This document shows positions 55,677 through 64,000 of a stretch of DNA of 64,000 bases, one piece after another. Each line of letters starts with the position of its first letter. Position 1 is the first letter of the stretch. Position numbers and translations under genes: made by a program. The DNA is taken from the NCBI RefSeq assembly GCF_054482595.1, contig NZ_CM137008.1. One strand, written 5' to 3'. The notes below the pieces were generated by a model. It was not told the DNA's origin. It did no database searches and was given only the letters and a program-made list of their open reading frames with translations.

Positions 55677-57077
55677 ATGTCTCGTATTGAAAGCGATTTC
55701 CTTGGTGAGCGTGAAGTTCCGGATGATTGCTATTATGGTGTTCAGACACTTCGTGGTGAGGATAATTTCCATATTACTGAAATGCCAATGAGTCAGGAGC
55801 CCTTCTTCATCATTGCCTTCGGTTATGTGAAAAAAGCAGCTGCGATGGCTAATAAGGAGTTAGGTACAATTCCTGCTGATGTTGCGGATGCTTTAATCTG
55901 GGCTTGCGACCAATTAATTGATGGTAAGTACCGGGAACAGTTTGTGACCGACTGGCTTCAGGGGGGAGCCGGAACGTCAACCAATATGAACTGCAATGAA
56001 GTGATTTGTAATCTTGCTGCAGAAAAACTTGGTAGCGTTAAAGGGGATTACAAACGCGTTTCGCCAAACGACCATGCTAATTTTGGTCAGTCCACCAATG
56101 ATACATATCCGACAGCATTACATCTGGCATTGCTGCTGCGAAGCAATGTATTGCTTGAAGCTGTTGAACACCTCGTAGGAGCATTCTACAAAAAGGCTGA
56201 CGAGTTCAGCACAGTGCTCAAGATGGGACGTACTCACCTGCAGGATGCAGTGCCAATGACTCTCGGCCAGGAGTTCCATGGCTGGGGTTTTACAATTAAT
56301 GATGAAATTCGGGTCATCCGTAATGCACAGGAACACCTGCGGGTTGTAAACCTTGGTGCTACTGCGATTGGTACCTGTGTTACCGCTCACCCGGATTATC
56401 CCGCTTTAGCCGTGAAATATCTGGCCCAGATCACAGGCATTAATTTCAGGAACAGTGAAGATCTCATCGCTGCCACAAGCGACTGTGGTGCATATGTTGC
56501 ACTCAGTTCGGCCATGAAGAGCCTCTCTGTGAAGCTTACCAAGGTTTGTAATGACATTCGACTGCTTGCTTCAGGCCCCCGTTGCGGCCTGGCTGAAATT
56601 AACCTGCCTCAATTGCAACCGGGTTCTTCCATTATGCCTGGTAAGGTTAACCCCGTTATCCCGGAAGTAACAAACCAGTCTTGCTTTCTGGTTCAGGGGC
56701 TGGACACCACAGTGATGCTGGCGGCATCTGCTGGTCAGCTTGAGCTTAACGTTATGGAGCCGGTCATCACCTTTGCGCTGTTCACCTCACTCAAGGTGAT
56801 GACGAATGCCTGTAACACACTCCGAACTAAATGCATTGATGGCATTACAGCTAATTCCGATCGAACTGCAGAGATGGTAATGCATTCCTGCGGTATTGTG
56901 ACTCTCCTGAAGCCACATCTGGGATATAAGGTGTGTTCTGAAATGGCGCACGAAGCATACCATACAGGCAAATCCCTCCATCAGATAGTGGTTGTCGAAC
57001 GTAAGCTACTCACACAGGAAGAATGGGAGAAGACATTCAATCTGGATAATCTGATTGCTCCGAAGTTCGAACAATAA
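55677..57077 (+). CDS. Aspartate ammonia-lyase family protein (copy 2)
   Basis: 466 aa, differs from copy 1 at 3 residues; GSSIMPGKVNP signature. Confidence 0.85.
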   Translation: MSRIESDFLGEREVPDDCYYGVQTLRGEDNFHITEMPMSQEPFFIIAFGYVKKAAAMANKELGTIPADVADALIWACDQLIDGKYREQFVTDWLQGGAGTSTNMNCNEVICNLAAEKLGSVKGDYKRVSPNDHANFGQSTNDTYPTALHLALLLRSNVLLEAVEHLVGAFYKKADEFSTVLKMGRTHLQDAVPMTLGQEFHGWGFTINDEIRVIRNAQEHLRVVNLGATAIGTCVTAHPDYPALAVKYLAQITGINFRNSEDLIAATSDCGAYVALSSAMKSLSVKLTKVCNDIRLLASGPRCGLAEINLPQLQPGSSIMPGKVNPVIPEVTNQSCFLVQGLDTTVMLAASAGQLELNVMEPVITFALFTSLKVMTNACNTLRTKCIDGITANSDRTAEMVMHSCGIVTLLKPHLGYKVCSEMAHEAYHTGKSLHQIVVVERKLLTQEEWEKTFNLDNLIAPKFEQ

Positions 57078-57232
57078 TTGTTCAGAATCTGTAAGAAGGG
57101 AGATCCGGCAGGGGATGGCGCGAATGAAAACGTATCAGTCCTCTGCCCGGATGTTTGTAAAAATACATTCCATAAGGCCTTTGTTGAGAGGAGCTCAGGG
57201 GTAAAGGTGTCTCACTAATTCGGGAGAGAATC

Positions 57233-58567
57233 ATGGATATTATCACTGTTCTTCAGATAGTGGTTCTGCTGGGGGCAATCTTTTTGGGTGTCCGTATGGG
57301 CGGGATTGGTATTGGTTATGCCGGTGGCATTGGGGTATTGATTCTGGGGCTTTGTCTGGATATGAAGCCTGGTAATATCCCCTGGGATGTGATTCTAATT
57401 ATTGCATCGGTAATTTCTGCTATTTCGGCCATGCAACTGGCGGGAGGACTGGACTATCTCGTTCAGGTCGCTGAACGAATTCTTCGTAAAAATCCAAAAT
57501 ATATTAATTACCTGGCTCCGGTTGTCACTTATGTGCTGACAATCTTTGCCGGTACGGGACATACTGCATTTTCAATGATCCCTGTAATTGTCGAAGTTTC
57601 CAAAGAACAAAACATTAAGCCCTCATGTCCGCTCTCAATTGCGGTTGTATCATCTCAAATTGCAATTACAGCATCACCTGTATCGGCTGCCGTTATCTAT
57701 ATGTCTGGCGTACTGGAAGGCTTTGGGTGGAGTTATCCAGTATTGCTTGGGATATGGTTGTTTACCACATTCGTTGGTTGCATGCTTACCGCATTTATAA
57801 TCAGTCTGATTTCTGACATGAAATTAGACAATGATCCGGTTTACCGGGAGCGTCTTTCCAAAGGACTCGTAAGCGCGCCAGTAAAGAGTGTTAACAAACA
57901 GCTCAAGCCTTATGCCAGACGATCTGTCGCAATTTTCCTTATTGGCGTCATCCTGGTGGTCCTTTACGCTTCGGCCATTAGCCCGACGCTGGGTCTGATT
58001 GATAACGTTGTTGTTAGTCGTGATGCGGCTATTATGAGTCTCATGCTACTGGTTGGCGGATTCATTACCCTTTTCTGTAAAGCAGATATAAACAAGATTG
58101 CGGACTCCTCTGTGTTCAAGTCAGGCATGGTTGCCTGTATCTGTGTACTGGGTGTGGCATGGTTGGGGGACACTTTTGTATCTGGTCATTCAGGAGAAAT
58201 TAAGGAGCTTGCCAGAACTACTGTATCCCAGTATCCAGCTCTTCTGGCTGTGGTATTTTTCCTGGCTGCGATGCTTCTGTATTCACAGGCTGCAACTGCC
58301 AAAGCTATCACTCCGGCTATTGTGACTGCATTGGGTATTACTGCAGCGAATCCGGATGACAGTTACATGCTGGTAGCTTCTTTTGCTGCTGTGTCTGCTT
58401 TATTTGTGTTACCAACTTACCCAACCCTTCTGGGGGCGGTGCAAATGGATGACACAGGAACGACCCGTATTGGTAAGTATGTGTTCAACCATGCTTTCTT
58501 TATTCCGGGTGTACTGGCTATTGCTTTCTCAGTGCTTCTGGGATTTCTTGTGGTGAGTATGTTCTGA
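57233..58567 (+). CDS. Anaerobic C4-dicarboxylate transporter, DcuA/DcuB family (divergent from 36398..37696)
   Basis: 444 aa polytopic membrane protein, DcuA-like. Confidence 0.8.
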   Translation: MDIITVLQIVVLLGAIFLGVRMGGIGIGYAGGIGVLILGLCLDMKPGNIPWDVILIIASVISAISAMQLAGGLDYLVQVAERILRKNPKYINYLAPVVTYVLTIFAGTGHTAFSMIPVIVEVSKEQNIKPSCPLSIAVVSSQIAITASPVSAAVIYMSGVLEGFGWSYPVLLGIWLFTTFVGCMLTAFIISLISDMKLDNDPVYRERLSKGLVSAPVKSVNKQLKPYARRSVAIFLIGVILVVLYASAISPTLGLIDNVVVSRDAAIMSLMLLVGGFITLFCKADINKIADSSVFKSGMVACICVLGVAWLGDTFVSGHSGEIKELARTTVSQYPALLAVVFFLAAMLLYSQAATAKAITPAIVTALGITAANPDDSYMLVASFAAVSALFVLPTYPTLLGAVQMDDTGTTRIGKYVFNHAFFIPGVLAIAFSVLLGFLVVSMF

Positions 58568-59054
58568 TTCTTGACCGAACGTAATTTCAATCTCCTGGCT
58601 ACCCGTCAATACGTATCCACATTGATTGGTAGCCCATTCAATCTTTAAGTATTGAGGTGCGCATTGTTACTTCGTTATAAATATTTTAGTGCAACATTTA
58701 TTATACGATTCTAATCAAAAAACATGATGGACGCTCATTGCTATTCTGAATGGGAGGTAATTAAACATTCTATTTACATTGATGTTTTCTACATCGATAA
58801 GAATATTTTTGATGAATGATGTTATCACGGAATGCGGTGTTTTTTTATCGATAGTTAATGTTGTTCGCCCACCTGTCAAGGAGGGATATTATATCCTGAA
58901 ATATAACAGTTTATCATCTTATTCTGGATGAGTTAATGACAAGTTAAAGAGAATGAATTTATTAAAACATATCATTATTAAGCAAATTTATAAGGCATTA
59001 ACTGTTCTATAGAAAAATACATGGTAAATATATTTCACAGTCCAGGAGGTAGAT

Positions 59055-60101
59055 ATGAATTTCTATAAAAGAACGGCACTTGCCGCACTGGTTATGGGTT
59101 TTAGTGGTGCAGCACTGGCATTACCCAATATCACCATTTTAGCAACCGGCGGGACCATTGCCGGTGGTGGTGACTCCGCAACCAAATCTAACTACACAGC
59201 GGGTAAAGTTGGCGTAGAAAATCTGGTTAATGCGGTGCCGCAACTGAAGGACATTGCGAACGTTAAAGGCGAGCAGGTAGTGAATATCGGCTCCCAGGAC
59301 ATGAACGATAATGTCTGGCTGACACTGGCGAAAAAAATTAACACCGACTGCGATAAAACCGACGGCTTCGTCATTACCCACGGTACCGACACGATGGAAG
59401 AAACCGCTTACTTCCTTGACCTGACGGTGAAATGTGACAAACCGGTGGTGATGGTCGGTGCAATGCGCCCGTCCACGTCCATGAGCGCAGACGGTCCCTT
59501 CAATCTGTATAACGCGGTAGTTACCGCAGCTGATAAAGCCTCCGCTAATCGTGGCGTACTGGTAGTAATGAACGACACTGTTCTGGATGGCCGTGACGTC
59601 ACTAAAACCAACACCACCAACGTAGCGACCTTCAAGTCTGTTAACTACGGCCCTCTGGGTTACATTCACAACGGTAAGATTGACTACCAGCGCACCCCGG
59701 CACGTAAGCACACCAGTGATACGCCGTTCGATGTCTCTAAGCTGAATGAACTGCCGAAAGTCGGCATTGTTTATAACTACGCTAACGCATCCGATCTTCC
59801 GGCTAAAGCACTGGTAGATGCGGGCTATGATGGCATCGTTAGCGCTGGTGTGGGTAACGGTAACCTGTATAAATCCGTGTTTGACACCCTGGCGACCGCC
59901 GCGAAAAACGGCACTGCGGTAGTGCGTTCTTCCCGCGTACCGACGGGAGCAACCACTCAGGATGCCGAAGTGGATGATGCGAAATATGGCTTCGTCGCCT
60001 CTGGCACGTTGAACCCGCAAAAAGCACGTGTTCTGCTGCAACTGGCTCTGACGCAAACCAAAGATCCGCAGCAGATCCAGCAGATATTCAATCAGTACTA
60101 A
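59055..60101 (+). CDS. ansB: Periplasmic L-asparaginase II
   Basis: 348 aa; signal peptide; TGGTIAG motif; recognised AnsB sequence. Confidence 0.95.
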   Translation: MNFYKRTALAALVMGFSGAALALPNITILATGGTIAGGGDSATKSNYTAGKVGVENLVNAVPQLKDIANVKGEQVVNIGSQDMNDNVWLTLAKKINTDCDKTDGFVITHGTDTMEETAYFLDLTVKCDKPVVMVGAMRPSTSMSADGPFNLYNAVVTAADKASANRGVLVVMNDTVLDGRDVTKTNTTNVATFKSVNYGPLGYIHNGKIDYQRTPARKHTSDTPFDVSKLNELPKVGIVYNYANASDLPAKALVDAGYDGIVSAGVGNGNLYKSVFDTLATAAKNGTAVVRSSRVPTGATTQDAEVDDAKYGFVASGTLNPQKARVLLQLALTQTKDPQQIQQIFNQY

Positions 60102-60108
60102 TAACCTC

Positions 60109-60129
60109 GCCCCGGTAACGTGCCGGGGC
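60109..60129 (+). terminator. Rho-independent terminator of ansB
   Basis: Hairpin gccccgg(taacgtg)ccggggc followed by TTTTAT. Confidence 0.6.
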
Positions 60130-60694
60130 TTTTATAGTATTGGTTTTAGGCAGTTTAATGAATAAAGTGACAGACATGAATAATGGGGACCATTTCAATA
60201 CATAATGGTTTTCTTGTACCCATGAAATGTGGTTAATTCCGGATTTATCGGGAGGGGCTTGTTAATGATATCCTGATGCTCATCGTGATGATGAGTAACA
60301 TTCATAAAATGTGCTTATCAAAAACCGTGGAGTATTACTTGGCAGATAGATGAGCGAATTCACAGTTGAATCCAGAGAAATAATATCCTCTGTTCACTGG
60401 TAGACCAATGTTGTTCCAGGACAAATTCATTCACGATAAAATTGCGGAAAAAACGGGCAGGATTGGTAACGAAGCATCCGGGAGAATATACTCTTTCTGA
60501 ACAATGGGGGAGTGCCATGCATCAGTGTAAATGTCAAAAAATCTGAAATCTTCCATATTTACCGCACATAACTATTCCCTGACCATACGTTTATCCTCTT
60601 AATATCCGGAACACACTCTCCAGAAATTATCGCACGATGAGTTTATTGTGATTAAGTAGATGTCATAATTATGGTAGATAAATGATTAAAAGGC

Positions 60695-61420
60695 TTACGG
60701 TTTTTCACTATATTTTTTAATATATGGGTAATATTGATGTCTTATCCAGTAACGATAAGCAGGGCGACCAGTGACACCACAGGAAAAATCAAATGCCAAT
60801 ATATGGCAACTTACCAGCCAGATGATATATTTTCTGCATGAGATTCTGGATATCTTAATACCACTGGCCAGTTCATTGAGTGTGAATTTTTTATGTTGAT
60901 GCTCATCAATCCACCTACAAATAATTCGCAATGTATCTGTTGACAGTCCTTTGGGTAAATGTCTTATTTTTTCTGTGTTCGGAATTATTTTGTGAGTTAA
61001 TAAATCCAGTTCTGATTGATTGAATATCTTCTGACTCTCAAGAAGAGTCTTTTTATGTTTCCATCGTGTAAGCGAATCAACCAAACGTGAGATATGAAAT
61101 GGCTTTATCAGATAATCAGAAACACCATAATGTAATGAATCTTTAATTGTCGCAGAGTCATCAGCAGCAGAAATTACAATAACATCACTTTTGCAATGAA
61201 TGCTATGAAGAAAAGGGAGTAAATCAAGTCCGTTATCTTTATTGATATAAAGATCAAGCAAAATCAAGTCAGCCAGTTTTTTATTTACAGATATAATTTC
61301 TTTCGCCTGACCAAGTGATAACGCTATGCCACAGCATTTAAATGCCGGGGTTTGTTCTACAATGCGACGAATCACATCAGCTACTAATATATCGTCATCA
61401 ACAATTAATACATTGTTCAT
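60695..61420 (-). CDS. Response regulator, CitB/DcuR-like (REC + HTH), orphan
   Basis: 241 aa; N-terminal MNNVLIVDDD receiver domain; no histidine kinase ORF adjacent. Confidence 0.75.
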   Translation of the reverse strand: MNNVLIVDDDILVADVIRRIVEQTPAFKCCGIALSLGQAKEIISVNKKLADLILLDLYINKDNGLDLLPFLHSIHCKSDVIVISAADDSATIKDSLHYGVSDYLIKPFHISRLVDSLTRWKHKKTLLESQKIFNQSELDLLTHKIIPNTEKIRHLPKGLSTDTLRIICRWIDEHQHKKFTLNELASGIKISRISCRKYIIWLVSCHILAFDFSCGVTGRPAYRYWIRHQYYPYIKKYSEKP

Positions 61421-62398
61421 TTTTCCAACCTAGCTTGCCAACGTAATACCTAAATCTATATAAATATTCTATATAGTGATTTAAAAATCAACCCTATTGT
61501 TACTTATGGAATTTAATTAACTTTCCCTGGGTTAGATATACTATTTAATATTTCCCCGTTAAAATAAAATGTGAAATTATTTTTGTTAAAAATTTTAAGA
61601 GGGAAATGGATTAGTTTTTTTTATCATTGGTTCTGTGTCATTAACTTTGGAGTTAGTAACTCTACTTCTAAGAACGTTTTTTGAAAAAACATTGCTTATA
61701 CTAAACATTATAGTAAAAAGAGTGACACCTGATCAACCTACAACAGTGATTACACCAGAGTGTATATCTCTGTATATTTTCTGTGACGAGTACAAAATAT
61801 CAAGTTAACCCACTCAGATCGTACAGCAGAACCTTGTAATTTCCACGCAACTCACTGATTGGAGATACATCTAATTTTTATTTCCATGGCTGAGATTACT
61901 AAGAACGTGTTCTGTTGTATTGTTATCCGTTTTTGTCAAACCATTATCACAGTTCATTCGGATATCTCTGATACTGATCTCCTCAGACCTGCATAATTAC
62001 AACTTCTGTTGGTTCCGCGTCACCAGGTAATCAACACCCAACTGTTGGTTCTGTCCTTGGACGGGAACACATGTTGGCAGGTAACTCCCATCCAGTGAAG
62101 ATAAATTTCTCAAAAGGCAACTACTCAGGCAAGTTCTCCTTTATGTTTATGCCTGATAATATTTTCCAGATCGTATAAGGCGTCGATACGTACAGAAGAC
62201 GTGGCACTCAGACTTACGCATCCCTGCTCTAACTTAACATAGTCTGCTATGATAGCGCTCTCTTTACCAATAAAGCTCGCTTATATATCAAAGATACCTT
62301 ATTAGGATAAACACAGCTAATAACTTGACAGTGATATCACATAGCACTCACACCAGATAAGTTTTCCGGTTGAGTTTTAGTTTTTGAAAGATTTAATG

Positions 62399-63055
62399 CT
62401 ATATTTTCTTTTCCAGTAAATGAACTCGCATTAACTCTGAAGCCATTTGGGCATCGCCTTTTTTGATATACGACAATATCTCTCTCTGTTTTGAAGCAGT
62501 ATCAAGGAAGTATTGACAATCATTATCCGGTAACGACTCTCTTGTTTTCTCAAAATAAGCGATTAACACATCAGAGAAAACCTGCAGAACACGATTACCA
62601 CTGGCCTGAAGCAAGAGCAGGTGAAAATCCCGATCATGTTGATCTGCTATTTGTGGATTGTCTGCATTTTCCTCAATCAATCTCAATTCATTTTCAAGTT
62701 TGGAGAGCATCGCTGGGAAAATTCGGCGTGTTGCCAGTGGAATGATCGCGCACTCAACTAAAATTCTGGCCTCTGTAAATTCCGAGATATCAAACCCAGA
62801 TAGATCAAACTGCATCAACAATTGGTCGTTAATACTACTCTGGCCAACGTTTTTTAACAGACTTCCTCTGCGAGGGGCTCGTTCAAGCATTCCCATTTGG
62901 ACGAGAGTACTAAGTGCCTGACGGACTTTATATCGGGAGGTGTTAAAACGAGTTGCAAGTTCCGTTTCTGTTTCTATACGGCCATCGGCTTTACGATTAG
63001 CTTCATCAAGCAAATAATCTTTAATAGATTCAAATAGTTCTTTTCTTTTATCCAT
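62399..63055 (-). CDS. GntR-family (FadR/FCD subfamily) transcriptional regulator
   Basis: 218 aa; N-terminal GntR HTH ([19 protein letters not shown]). Confidence 0.8.
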   Translation of the reverse strand: MDKRKELFESIKDYLLDEANRKADGRIETETELATRFNTSRYKVRQALSTLVQMGMLERAPRRGSLLKNVGQSSINDQLLMQFDLSGFDISEFTEARILVECAIIPLATRRIFPAMLSKLENELRLIEENADNPQIADQHDRDFHLLLLQASGNRVLQVFSDVLIAYFEKTRESLPDNDCQYFLDTASKQREILSYIKKGDAQMASELMRVHLLEKKI

Positions 63056-63262
63056 AATATACTCTGATTACAGCTCCTATCTATTCATAACTATAAATAA
63101 TATATTAAATTATATTTCTTTATATACTATCATAACAAATTTATTTATCATGTTTATTCGCACATTATGTGTAGACTGGCCCCCTGAATCTCCAGACAAC
63201 CAATATCACTTATTTAAGTGATAGTCTTAATACTAGTTTTTAGACTAGTCATTGGAGAGCAG

Positions 63263-63628
63263 ATGATTGATGTCTTAGGACCGGAGAAACGCAGACGGCG
63301 TACTACACAGGAAAAGATCGCTATTGTTCAGCAGAGTTTTGAACCGGGAATGACAGTCTCCCTTGTTGCCCGGCAACACGGTGTGGCAGCCAGCCAGTTA
63401 TTTCTCTGGCGCAAGCAATACCAGGAGGGAAGTCTTACTGCTGTGGCCGCAGGAGAACAGGTCGTTCCTGCCTCTGAACTTGCTGCCGCCATGAAGCAGA
63501 TTAAAGAACTCCAGCGCCTGCTCGGCAAAAAAACGATGGAAAATGAACTCCTTAAAGAAGCCGTTGAATACGGGCGTGCAAAAAAGTGGATAGCGCACGC
63601 GCCCTTATTGCCCGGGGATGGGGAGTAA
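63263..63628 (+). CDS. insC: IS2 OrfA (InsC)
   Basis: 121 aa from [26 protein letters not shown]; recognised IS2 sequence. Confidence 0.88.
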
Positions 63629-64000
63629 GCTTAGTCAGCCGTTGTCTCCGGGTGTCGCGTGCGCAGTTGCACGTCATTCTCAGACGAACCGATGACTGGA
63701 AAGATGGTCGCCGCAGCCGTCACTCAGATGATACGGATGTGCTTCTCCGTATACACCATGTTATCGGAGAGCTGCCCACATATGGTTATCGTCGGGTATG
63801 GGCGCTGCTTCGCAGACAGGCCGAACTTGATGGTATGCCTGCGATCAATGCCAAACGTATTTACCGGATCATGCGCCAGAATGCGCTGTTGCTTGAGCGA
63901 AAACCCGCTGTACCGCCATCGAAACGGGCACATACCGGCAGAGTGGCTGTGAAAGAAAGTAATCAGCGATGGTGCTCTGACGGGTTCGAGTTCCGCTGTG
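63586..64000 (+). CDS. insD: IS2 OrfB (InsD), 5' part; 3' end outside window
   Basis: GTG start, [38 protein letters not shown]...; partial. Confidence 0.75.

Larger units (their letters stand above)
63172..64000 (+). mobile_element. IS2 (IS3 family), left part; continues beyond window
   Basis: Left IR TAGACTGGCCCCCTGAATCTCCAGACAACC; insC and start of insD. Confidence 0.85.

Noticed and set aside
59139-60056. 305-aa minus-strand ORF inside ansB
   Set aside because: Shadow ORF on the strand opposite a confidently identified ansB.

Overview
Enterobacterial (E. coli / Shigella-like) chromosomal window. 1-6.2 kb is conserved core: yeeE(partial)-yeeD-sbcB-dacD-sbmC-yeeA-yeeX. 6.3-26.9 kb is a CP4-44-type prophage remnant read on the minus strand (alpA ... 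yeeP-like GTPase - cargo - DUF932 - antirestriction - radC - yeeT - cbeA - cbtA - yeeW). In the cargo slot where K-12 carries flu/agn43 there is instead a translationally coupled three-gene operon: dynamin-like GTPase, coiled-coil protein of unknown function, and patatin-like phospholipase, followed by two small secreted proteins. Upstream of the operon is a sigma70-like promoter followed by three clustered GATC sites, which looks like an agn43-type Dam/OxyR phase-variation switch. This operon is my main candidate for an undescribed system, possibly phase-variable anti-phage defence or membrane remodelling. The rest of the window (27-64 kb) is an IS-riddled mosaic: IS100 (intact), ISL3, IS66, IS911, IS200, IS3-family, IS629, IS1, IS2 and a group II intron fragment, with pseudogenes (ggt fragment, dgoT cut by IS200, frameshifted cbtA). 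It also carries a small metabolic islet, an aspartate racemase-dcuA-aspA module with a LysR regulator, the dgoRKAD operon, and an Asn/Asp/peptide cluster (periplasmic isoaspartyl peptidase, dcuC, pepT-like, a second near-identical aspA copy in inverted orientation, dcuA-like, ansB). No CRISPR array, rRNA or tRNA was recognised. All calls are from reading the ORF translations and sequence by eye; base-level coordinates of small motifs may be off by 1-2 nt, and family names are from recalled similarity, not searches.
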